Notes: generated by a model not told the origin, from the letters alone. Positions 1-7,245 are shown, counted from the stretch's first letter. The stretch is 32,000 bases of DNA from Candidatus Nanopusillus sp. (GCA_046533775.1 JAWDOO010000002.1:30001-62000); one strand, 5' to 3'. Numbers and translations: made by a program.

Positions 1-36
1 ATTTTTGAATTTTTAGTATATTTCTATAAAAACGAG

Positions 37-44
37 TTATATAA
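37..44 (+). promoter_or_regulatory. TATA box (TTATATAA) for ORF 67
   Basis: First T is 30 nt upstream of the ATG. Confidence 0.5.
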
Positions 45-66
45 ATATCCAGAGGTATATAAAATT

Positions 67-318
67 ATGGAACAAAATATAGAAATATGTAAAAGACACC
101 TACAAGAAAAAAATCCACGACCTACTACTTTAGGAGCATGTTTTGCAAATGATTTTATATATACTTATGAAAATTTATTAAATAAAGATAAACAATCACC
201 AAAACTAAATATAAAAGATATAATAGAAAAACTCAAATATTTCTCTGAAGATGAGTATATAGATGCAACCAAAATGATTAATACATTAACTAAAATTCTA
301 ATGTTATTATATAAATAA
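67..318 (+). CDS. hypothetical small protein (83 aa)
   Basis: ORF track. TTATATAA box at 37-44 lies 30 nt upstream of the ATG. No recognisable motif. Confidence 0.45.
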   Translation: MEQNIEICKRHLQEKNPRPTTLGACFANDFIYTYENLLNKDKQSPKLNIKDIIEKLKYFSEDEYIDATKMINTLTKILMLLYK

Positions 319-388
319 TATTTAGGCTAGATTAAAACTTTAAGACAATAAAACATATTTTTTAATTATTTATTTAGAATGATAAAGG

Positions 389-396
389 TTTATAAA
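389..396 (+). promoter_or_regulatory. TATA box (TTTATAAA) for ORF 420
   Basis: First T is 31 nt upstream of the ATG. Purine-rich AAAGG (BRE-like) lies immediately upstream. Confidence 0.6.
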
Positions 397-419
397 TTTT
401 ACGTTACTATTGTATAGTA

Positions 420-1268
420 ATGAATAATTCACTAGATAAAATTATAGAAGATGAGTTTAAAAAGTTTATTGAAAATCTACGAAAATTTCATATAATAGAA
501 TATATAGAAAGTAACTATAAAATAAAATTTACAGAACCGAAATTAAAAATATTAGAAAGTAAATCTTTAATTGCTGGAGAGTATTCACCATCTAAAAATC
601 AAATTATTATTTCAAAAAAATCCATTGAAAGATTGACAAATAGTCAATTAAAATTTTTAGGTTATAAAGAAATAGAAATATCTATTATTGATATACAACA
701 TATAGAATATTTAAATATACCATATAAATCATATAAATCAACGTTCGTATATCCATTATATATAAAGAAGAGGAATATAATAGAAACTATAAAAGAATTC
801 TTTATTCATTTGGCAATGTCTCATGAAGGTTGGCATGCTATTGATCAAATCATCTTAAATAAGTTGGCCGAGGATCCTACTATTAAAGATAGGGGCTATC
901 TTCTTACCATTTTAAATAATCATGATAATCTTGAATTGAGAGCTTCTGTTTTTCAATTTATAGATTATTATTTAGCAAAAGGTTTTCATAAGGATGAAAG
1001 AGGATATATAGCTGCATATTTTAATATACCTACATGTATCGACTATATTAAAGAATTAGCTGAATTAGAAAAAAATAAATATAAGAGTAAACTTGTTCCT
1101 TACGATTTGGGACTTTGTTATGGAAATATTATTGTAGCTAAATATAGATCGTCATTAGAGAAAAATATATATAAAGTAATAGATGATATCATACATTTAG
1201 ATAAAGAAAAGGCTATAGATGTAATTAAAAATTATGTATATAATCCTGATAAGTTATTACATGATTGA
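420..1268 (+). CDS. putative minimal zincin metallopeptidase (HExxH), SprT/DUF45-like layout
   Basis: HEGWH motif (LAMSHEGWHAIDQ). An upstream segment LIAGEYSPSKNQIIISKKSIERL resembles the xAGxYxxxxxxIxIS element that precedes HExxH in SprT/DUF45-type zincins. Canonical TTTATAAA box at 389-396 (31 nt upstream). Confidence 0.5.
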   Translation: MNNSLDKIIEDEFKKFIENLRKFHIIEYIESNYKIKFTEPKLKILESKSLIAGEYSPSKNQIIISKKSIERLTNSQLKFLGYKEIEISIIDIQHIEYLNIPYKSYKSTFVYPLYIKKRNIIETIKEFFIHLAMSHEGWHAIDQIILNKLAEDPTIKDRGYLLTILNNHDNLELRASVFQFIDYYLAKGFHKDERGYIAAYFNIPTCIDYIKELAELEKNKYKSKLVPYDLGLCYGNIIVAKYRSSLEKNIYKVIDDIIHLDKEKAIDVIKNYVYNPDKLLHD

Positions 1269-1531
1269 ACATAGGCATCTGTACATATAAGTGGGTATTA
1301 TGAAGCTTCAATTTTTTATTTAATAATTAACCTTGCTTAACCTTATTAAAATTTATATCAAAAATTATTTCAAAATATGCACTTACCCCTTAAGGCCCAT
1401 GTCGCATAACCAAGATTATCCGTCATCTACATAGATGTCTACATATCTTATCTAATAAAATTTAAGATATTATATAATAAATTAGGCTAGGTTATACATT
1501 ACAAAATTTTATTGAAGTTATATTATGATCA

Positions 1532-1539
1532 TTTATAAA
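1532..1539 (+). promoter_or_regulatory. TATA box (TTTATAAA) for amzA-like gene
   Basis: First T is 31 nt upstream of ATG 1563. Confidence 0.6.
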
Positions 1540-1562
1540 CGTTTCTATATAATTACTACTAA

Positions 1563-2342
1563 ATGAGTGATACTGTCTCTCAGCCTACTGAAACACATCG
1601 AAAACCTCTTTATATAATTATAGATGAAAGAACACCTGAGGATGATAAACAGAAAGTTATAATTAACCTAGAAATTTTACTTAGAAGATACGAAAGAGAG
1701 GCAGGGGTTTCAATAACAAGACAGTATTATTATAGACCATGGTGTGAAAATCCGGACCAACCTTACTGTCGTCCTCAATATTATATTGAAAATTGTAGAG
1801 ATTCTAATGGTAAAATAAATGTTGACTGCATATTTAATCTTAGTAGAAACGAACCTTGGCAACAAACAAACCCACATTATGATATATACATAATAGATAA
1901 GGACATAATTTATGATGGTAATCCATCTACTAACTTTTTATTTGGATCTACATTACCAGCAATTTTACCAAGTGGATATATATATCTTGGTTTTGCAGGT
2001 AGTGTTATATCTATAGGAGTATTAAAAACATTCTATGGACCCGATTGGGAAACAGCATTTCCAATTATAGCTGCACATGAGTTGGGTCATTTATTTGGAT
2101 TACCAAATCCAAATAGCTCATATTATATTGGTTATAATCATCCCTATGCAAGAGAAAATTATCTATATGCTAATCATTGTTCATATGAATATTGTTCAAT
2201 GAGACAAATAAATGCTGGAGGAAGAATTCACATAGATTTGTTAGATCTTGCAAGAAATATATTTAAATATAATCCATATTATTTATATTGCGAAAATGAC
2301 TGGGAATATTTAATAAGGAATTTAAGAAGGCTTTTTGGTTAA
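1563..2342 (+). CDS. amzA: archaemetzincin-like zinc metallopeptidase (peptidase M54-like) with an insertion in the active-site segment
   Basis: AAHELGHLFGL (HExxHxxG, nt 2076-2090) followed by H-C-SYEY-C-S-M (CX4CXM, nt 2175-2201), as in the archaemetzincin signature. TTTATAAA box at 1532-1539. Confidence 0.6.
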   Translation: MSDTVSQPTETHRKPLYIIIDERTPEDDKQKVIINLEILLRRYEREAGVSITRQYYYRPWCENPDQPYCRPQYYIENCRDSNGKINVDCIFNLSRNEPWQQTNPHYDIYIIDKDIIYDGNPSTNFLFGSTLPAILPSGYIYLGFAGSVISIGVLKTFYGPDWETAFPIIAAHELGHLFGLPNPNSSYYIGYNHPYARENYLYANHCSYEYCSMRQINAGGRIHIDLLDLARNIFKYNPYYLYCENDWEYLIRNLRRLFG

Positions 2343-2470
2343 CTAATTTTTAAAATATATAATAAATTCGGCCTCTTTAATAAAATATTATGAAGATTTT
2401 TTATAAACCAGCAAAATATTTGAATAATAAAGAGATTTGAAATATAGATTAAAACTATATAGACTAAAAG

Positions 2471-3697
2471 TTAAAATCTTTTAACAATTTCTTCTAATTT
2501 TTCAAAGAAGAAATCAATTTCTTCTTTTGTATTATAAATATATAATGAAGCCCTAACAGATCCTTTATACTTATATAAATCTAAATTTCTAAATAATATA
2601 TAACAACAATGATATCCAGTTCTAACAGTAATATTGTAAGAATCCAATATTTTTCCAATTATATGTGGATTTATTTTAAATGCTAATGAGAATATTGCTT
2701 CTCTATCTTTATAATCATTTAATCCCATTAATATTACATCTTTATATTTGTTTGAAAATTCTTCAAACCTTTCTAAGAAATATTTTGTTAATTCTTGTTC
2801 ATATTTTTCAATATTTTCCATTCCCAATTTATTTAAATATTTAATTGCTTCTCCAAATGCAATTCCATCTGCAATATTCGGTGTTCCGGCTTCAAATTTC
2901 CATGGTAAATCATTTAGATATTCTTTATCAAAATCTATATCCGTAACCATATCTCCACCCCATAAAAATGGTTCCATATTTTCTAATAATTCTTTTTTTC
3001 CATATAATACACCAATTCCAGAAGGACCTAACATTTTATGGGAACTAAATACTAAAAAATCTACATCTAATTTTTTAACATCTATAGGTAAATGTCCAGA
3101 ACTTTGTGCAGCATCAATCAAAACTAAAGCACCTTTTTCATGAGCAATTTTTATTATTTCTTCTATAGGATTTATTGTACCCAAAACATTTGATACATGA
3201 GTTATAGAAACAATTTTTGTTTTCTCATCTATTTTTCTTTTAAAATCATCTAGGTCTAATCTATAATCTTTAACATTGATATAATCTAATTTTGCTCCAG
3301 TTTTTCTACATATAAATCTCCATGGTAATAAATTTGAACTATGTTCCATAGAAGATATCAGAATTTTATCATCTTTTTTTATATTGTTTAATCCATATGA
3401 ATATGCAACAAGATTTATTGATTCTGTAGTATTTCTTGTAAAAATTATTTCTCTCCATTCTTTACATTTTATAAAATCTGCAACCAATTTATGAGAATTT
3501 TCATATTCTTCAGAAGATATTTCACTTATTTTATATACACTTCTATGAATATTTGCATAATATTTTTCATAAACTTCCTTTATTTTTTCAATAACTTGTC
3601 TAGGTTTTTGAGTTGTTGCAGTATTATCAAAATATATTAAATTAGGATTATTTTCAAAAATTGGGAAATCTTTTCTTATTTCTTTTGGATTTATCAT
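2471..3697 (-). CDS. sufS: cysteine desulfurase, class V aminotransferase (SufS/CsdA family)
   Basis: PLP-lysine motif FSSHKMLGPSGIG, FEAGTPNI, and an active-site Cys loop RTGYHCC. Length of 408 aa is typical. Confidence 0.85.
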   Translation of the reverse strand: MINPKEIRKDFPIFENNPNLIYFDNTATTQKPRQVIEKIKEVYEKYYANIHRSVYKISEISSEEYENSHKLVADFIKCKEWREIIFTRNTTESINLVAYSYGLNNIKKDDKILISSMEHSSNLLPWRFICRKTGAKLDYINVKDYRLDLDDFKRKIDEKTKIVSITHVSNVLGTINPIEEIIKIAHEKGALVLIDAAQSSGHLPIDVKKLDVDFLVFSSHKMLGPSGIGVLYGKKELLENMEPFLWGGDMVTDIDFDKEYLNDLPWKFEAGTPNIADGIAFGEAIKYLNKLGMENIEKYEQELTKYFLERFEEFSNKYKDVILMGLNDYKDREAIFSLAFKINPHIIGKILDSYNITVRTGYHCCYILFRNLDLYKYKGSVRASLYIYNTKEEIDFFFEKLEEIVKRF

Positions 3698-3718
3698 AGA
3701 ATTAATTTATACAAAACC

Positions 3719-3728
3719 CTTATATTTT
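3719..3728. promoter_or_regulatory. single TATA-like element shared by divergent genes (sufS at 3697 and ORF at 3748)
   Basis: CTTATATTTT is centred about 25 nt from both start codons, which are 51 nt apart. Confidence 0.45.
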
Positions 3729-3747
3729 TTAATTATATTTTATCATA

Positions 3748-3999
3748 ATGAAATATAATATAAATAAACTTTGTGGAATAAATAATTTATCTGTAAGGTT
3801 TGATGAGAATTTTGATGATGAATTTATTAATAAATTAATAAACTTATTAAATAATTTTGAAATAAAGGAAAAAAATAAAGATTCCATATGGTTAAAGCTA
3901 AGAGAAAAAGATATATTAGTATATAAATATGGAGAAATAGTATTCTTAGGTTTTTCTGAAGAAGATGTTAAAAATATTTTAAATAAAGTCTTAAGATAA
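3748..3999 (+). CDS. hypothetical small protein (83 aa), possible single TBP-like domain
   Basis: ORF track. TATA-like box at 3719-3728 at the right distance. C-terminal LVYKYGEIVFLGFSEEDVKNILNKVL resembles the LIFxSGKIVxTGAKxxEExxxAFxxI element of a TBP repeat; this similarity is weak. Confidence 0.45.
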   Translation: MKYNINKLCGINNLSVRFDENFDDEFINKLINLLNNFEIKEKNKDSIWLKLREKDILVYKYGEIVFLGFSEEDVKNILNKVLR

Positions 4000-4066
4000 A
4001 TATTTATACTATATATTTTTATTAAAATAAAGATTAAATTTATTTGTAAAGTTAAGATTCAAAAAT

Positions 4067-4074
4067 TTTATAAT
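4067..4074 (+). promoter_or_regulatory. TATA box (TTTATAAT) for ORF 4097
   Basis: 30 nt upstream of the ATG. Confidence 0.55.
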
Positions 4075-4096
4075 TATCAAAATTCTTTTAAAATTT

Positions 4097-4475
4097 ATGG
4101 TACCATTATTTGGAAAAAGATTATTTAAAGGAAATCTACCTCCAGGTAAGTCAGGAAAAATTAACGAAAAAGTGGCTAGAAATCCGAAAAAAGAGAAAAA
4201 TATTATAAAAAATATACAAAAAGAAGAAAAAAAGATAGATAAAGATATAGAAAAACTTTTAAAAGAATCTAAAAAAATCTGGGAATATTAAAGAACTTGA
4301 GAAAATAACTAAGGATAATTTAAATGAATTAATAAAATATATAAAATCTTTAAAGAATTTATATGGAGCTAATTTAAATAGAGTTTATCCAGAAATTATT
4401 CAATTAGAAAAGCATATAGAGAATCTTTATAAGATATTAGAATATCAGAAAGAAGGGACTATCAATGAATTTTGA
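4097..4475 (+). pseudogene. lysine-rich coiled-coil protein gene interrupted by a frameshift in an A7 tract (64-aa ORF plus a start-less 65-codon continuation)
   Basis: ORF 4097..4291 stops just after A7 (4271-4277). The frame beginning at 4263 stays open to TGA at 4473-4475, has no ATG and continues the same K/E/L-rich heptad-like sequence. TTTATAAT box at 4067-4074. Confidence 0.45.
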
Positions 4476-4606
4476 AAGAGAATATATTATAATATTAAAT
4501 GAAATACATAAACTTTGGGAAATGCATAAGCGTAAAATTTCAAAAACATAATTTTTATAAAATTTTTTATTTAATTATAAAAACTTTAAAAATCTACCTT
4601 AAAAAT

Positions 4607-5089
4607 CTAATGAGCAGCTAATGTTGCCTGAACAGATACACCATTATACGTAAATGTAAATGTATAATAATAATTTCCAGTATTCCAATCATTAACTATA
4701 TTAACTGGACCTGAACATGATAATAATAATGTTGCTTGTTGACCCGATGGAATTGGTGAATTTCCATTTACTACTGATGCTGTACATGAATCCGTATTAC
4801 CATCATATGTTGCATTTGAAGCATAATATTCTGCAGCCGTTATAGTTAAAGTATTATTATTAATTGGTACATTTCCATTATTGTATAATACTGCATATAT
4901 ACTATTATTAGAAACATAGATTTGAGGTACATTAAAGGATGTTACCTGTGTAGCCTGAGCAACCTGACTTGATGTAGCTCCTGTCAAAGAAGAAAACATT
5001 CCAGATAGCCATGCATACATTAATCCTGCTATTGCTACTGTCATTACAATTAATAATATTGTTGCAATAATTGGTGATATACCCTTCAT
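4607..5089 (-). CDS. archaeal type IV pilin-like protein with class III signal peptide (160 aa from the internal Met)
   Basis: MKGISPIIATILLIVMTVAIAGLMY is a typical prepilin/archaellin N-terminus. Several N-x-S/T sequons are present. Start moved to Met41 (5089) because the longer ORF runs into tRNA-Arg. TTTATAAA at 5114-5121 sits 32 nt upstream of this ATG. Confidence 0.8.
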   Translation of the reverse strand: MKGISPIIATILLIVMTVAIAGLMYAWLSGMFSSLTGATSSQVAQATQVTSFNVPQIYVSNNSIYAVLYNNGNVPINNNTLTITAAEYYASNATYDGNTDSCTASVVNGNSPIPSGQQATLLLSCSGPVNIVNDWNTGNYYYTFTFTYNGVSVQATLAAH

Positions 5090-5113
5090 AAATAATCTAA
5101 TAGAATATTGATA

Positions 5114-5121
5114 TTTATAAA
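5114..5121 (-). promoter_or_regulatory. TATA box (TTTATAAA) for pilin gene
   Basis: 32 nt upstream of the Met41 ATG at 5089, which supports the shorter start. Confidence 0.6.
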
Positions 5122-5159
5122 TTTTTTGCTTTAAGAGGTTTGATTCACCATATTCAAAA

Positions 5160-5167
5160 TTTAATAA
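5160..5167 (+). promoter_or_regulatory. TATA box (TTTAATAA) for tRNA-Arg
   Basis: First T is 32 nt upstream of mature tRNA nucleotide 1 (5192), the same spacing as for leaderless mRNAs. Confidence 0.5.
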
Positions 5168-5191
5168 AAGATAATTAAAGTAAATTAGAAA

Positions 5192-5266
5192 GGACCCGTA
5201 GCTCAGCATGGATAGAGCGACGGCCTCCTAAGCCGTAGGTCGGGGGTTCGAATCCCCCCGGGTCCG
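5192..5266 (+). tRNA. tRNA-Arg (anticodon CCT)
   Basis: Manual cloverleaf: acceptor GGACCCG/CGGGTCC, D arm GCTC/GAGC, anticodon stem ACGGC/GCCGT with loop CTCCTAA, T arm GGGGG-TTCGAAT-CCCCC, discriminator G. No encoded CCA. GC-rich island. Confidence 0.92.
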
Positions 5267-5449
5267 CTTAATTATTAGCCTAAATTTTTATAATATCTTA
5301 ATCCTAATAAAAATAGAGAAGAAGTTAAATAATGTTGTATTATCAAACAAATATATTAAGAAAAATCTTAAAAGGAATACAAATAAAAATCATACTTTTT
5401 TATTTTTCTTATTCATACATTATCCTTAAAGAAAATATTTATAAAAATT

Positions 5450-5914
5450 TTATATCCAATTATTTCTCTTTAATCTTAATAAAAAAGACAATGCTTTAGC
5501 AGCTTCTTCTGGAGATTCAAATACTGGTAAATATTCCTCAACAGATGTTATTATTTGTTCAGTAAATCCTCCCCCATATATTAAAAATACTAAGGGAACT
5601 TTTTTATTAATTATTTTTGATAATTTTTCAGGAAATTTTTCTGTAAAAAATGGTACTTGAGGTAATAATATTGCAATTATACCTTCAGTTTTTGAATCAT
5701 TTAATAAAATTTTTAATCCCTCTATATATTGATCTTCATTTGCCTGAGCTGTAGTATCTATTGGATTATGAAATGAAGCAAAAGAAGGTAAAATATTTTT
5801 TAATTTTTCTTTAATATCTTCTGGTGTTTCTTCTATTTTAATATTATTTTCTTCTAAAGCATCTGTTGTTAAAACACCTTCACCTCCTCCATTTGTATAT
5901 ATATAGATAACCAT
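5450..5914 (-). CDS. acdA: ADP-forming acyl/acetyl-CoA synthetase alpha chain, C-terminal domain fragment (154 aa)
   Basis: VIYIYTNGGGEGVLTTD ... NPIDTTAQA matches the xvaIvTNaGGpGVlaaD ... NPvD region of NDP-forming ACS alpha subunits. Confidence 0.75.
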   Translation of the reverse strand: MVIYIYTNGGGEGVLTTDALEENNIKIEETPEDIKEKLKNILPSFASFHNPIDTTAQANEDQYIEGLKILLNDSKTEGIIAILLPQVPFFTEKFPEKLSKIINKKVPLVFLIYGGGFTEQIITSVEEYLPVFESPEEAAKALSFLLRLKRNNWI

Positions 5915-5918
5915 ATTA

Positions 5919-6794
5919 TTACAAATAATATGCTAGAGTTTTTAAATAGATCATAAAATCCCCCATACTTTTTGCTTCAATTATATTATATTGTTTGAAT
6001 AAATTTTTATATACTTCATAATCTCCAGCCATAGATGCTGTATGAGAAGAAACTGCAACAGAACCTCTCTTTGTTTTTCCAGATTTTAATACTATTACTG
6101 GCCTATTTAATTGACTTGCAACTTCTAAAAATTCTTTACCCCTTCCTTCTCTTAATCCTTCCATATATATAAATATTGCCTTGGAATTTTGATCATCTTT
6201 TAATTCTTTTAATATTTCAACTTCATCTAAATCGATTTTATTTCCATAAGAAATTACCTTTGATACACCAATATTTTTACTTGATAGCCATTCCATAACT
6301 GCCAAAGCAATTGCACCAGATTGTGATAATAAAACAATTTTTCCTTTCTTTGGTCTTATTAACCTTTTGTCATCAACAAAAAATGTATCTATACCATTAT
6401 ATGGATCATATACACCCATACCATTTGGTCCCAATATTCTTATCCCATATTTTCTTGAATATTCTAATATTTTTTCTTCAAGATCTTTTCTTCCAACTTC
6501 AGAAAATCCAGCAGAAATTATTATTGCTAATTTTGCTCCTTTTTCTCCAGCTTGTTTTACAACTTCAGGAACACCTTCTGCAGGTATTGCTATTACAACC
6601 GCATCTATATTTTCATTTATTTCAAGAATATTTTTGTAACATTTTAGATTATATAAATTATCATAATTTGGATTTACTGGATATATTTTTCCAGGAAATC
6701 TTTTAATAAAATTTTTTAATATTATATTTCCAACCTTTCCTTCTTTATTACTTGCCCCCACAATTGCAACAGATTTTATATCAAATATACTCAT
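5919..6794 (-). CDS. acdA: ADP-forming acyl/acetyl-CoA synthetase alpha chain, N-terminal CoA-binding/ligase domains (291 aa)
   Basis: VAIVGASNKEGKVG, YPVNPNY, IISAGFSE, ILGPNGMG, LSQSGA, and the phosphohistidine loop SSHTASMAG. Confidence 0.85.
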   Translation of the reverse strand: MSIFDIKSVAIVGASNKEGKVGNIILKNFIKRFPGKIYPVNPNYDNLYNLKCYKNILEINENIDAVVIAIPAEGVPEVVKQAGEKGAKLAIIISAGFSEVGRKDLEEKILEYSRKYGIRILGPNGMGVYDPYNGIDTFFVDDKRLIRPKKGKIVLLSQSGAIALAVMEWLSSKNIGVSKVISYGNKIDLDEVEILKELKDDQNSKAIFIYMEGLREGRGKEFLEVASQLNRPVIVLKSGKTKRGSVAVSSHTASMAGDYEVYKNLFKQYNIIEAKSMGDFMIYLKTLAYYL

Positions 6795-7117
6795 AATTTA
6801 ATATAGCATTTTATATATTTATATCTTTTTTCACATAACTGGCATAACATATGTTGTAGATCTAATAATTTAGTATTTTTATCTTTTTTTAATAATTCTG
6901 CCATTTTAATTAATATAATTTTATCTTCTTGATCAAATTCAAAATAAGATCTACCTCTTATACCCTTTAAATATTGAGAAACCGCAGATTGTGTTATTGA
7001 TAATTTATCTGCAATTTCTTCTTGAGACATTTTATAATTATCATACAATATTTTTGACAATTCCTTTCTAATTAAAGGAAGCATCTCTTTTACGAATAGC
7101 TCACATCTCAGTGTCAT
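6791..7117 (-). CDS. small HTH transcriptional regulator with C-terminal Cys cluster
   Basis: HTH MSQEEIADKLSITQSAVSQYLKG. C-terminal CQLCEKRYKYIKC. The stop overlaps the acd start by 4 nt (ATGA), indicating an operon. TTTTTAAA box at 7140-7147. Confidence 0.7.
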   Translation of the reverse strand: MTLRCELFVKEMLPLIRKELSKILYDNYKMSQEEIADKLSITQSAVSQYLKGIRGRSYFEFDQEDKIILIKMAELLKKDKNTKLLDLQHMLCQLCEKRYKYIKCYIKL

Positions 7118-7139
7118 ATAATGATGTTATATAATAAAA

Positions 7140-7147
7140 TTTAAAAA
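7140..7147 (-). promoter_or_regulatory. TATA box (TTTTTAAA) for HTH-acd operon
   Basis: 30 nt upstream of ATG 7117. Confidence 0.5.
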
Positions 7148-7168
7148 TAGCTAAATAAACATCAAGTA

Positions 7169-7245
7169 TGAAAATAATGAAATATTATGAAAAATAAAAA
7201 ATATTGTTAATAAGAATTTATGAAAAATATTTTTCAATGAAAATA
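7169..7245. promoter_or_regulatory. operator-like array of TGAAA(A)AT half-sites including a perfect 16-bp palindrome
   Basis: TGAAAATA 7169, TGAAATAT 7178, TGAAAAAT 7188, palindrome TGAAAAATATTTTTCA 7221-7236, TGAAAATA 7238. All lie just upstream of the TATA box of the HTH regulator gene. Confidence 0.5.

Noticed and set aside
2390-2412. Third ATGAAGA-12 nt-CAGC arrangement, considered as another C/D sRNA.
   Set aside because: No C' box and no terminal CUGA/CAGA D box follow it. The 12-nt segment is just TTTTTTATAAAC, which is promoter-like.
2748-3143. 131-aa + strand ORF inside the sufS region. Similar nested antisense ORFs occur at 6311..6706, 6367..6639, 8851..9081, 10901..11116, 11117..11365, 12878..13099, 14295..14477, 16802..16999, 17552..17797, 25611..25811, 25681..25950, 26167..26376, 26764..26967, 27939..28277, 29464..29667, 29639..29848 and 30315..30506.
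   Set aside because: All lie (almost) entirely antisense within genes that have strong family signatures. They have low-complexity F/L/I/S/H-rich translations typical of shadow ORFs in AT-rich DNA. They also lack the properly spaced TATA box seen for real genes here.
3800-3820. TGATGA motifs inside coding regions, here and at 22385, 27367, 27675, 28436, 15551, 18688 and 25870, considered as C boxes.
   Set aside because: They arise from Asp/Glu/Met codons (xDDx, xDEx). None is followed by CUGA at 12 nt or shows the D'-C' arrangement.
4097-4160. N-terminal MVPLFGKRLFKG resembling the start of ESCRT-III/Snf7 proteins.
   Set aside because: Only a 4-residue LFGK match exists. The reconstructed protein (about 127 aa) is too short. 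The window encodes FtsZ, and no other Cdv components are visible.
5090-5209. N-terminal 40-codon extension of the pilin ORF (tracked as 4607..5209).
   Set aside because: The extension overlaps tRNA-Arg on the opposite strand and encodes low-complexity sequence. The class III signal peptide starts at the internal Met, which has a TTTATAAA box 32 nt upstream.
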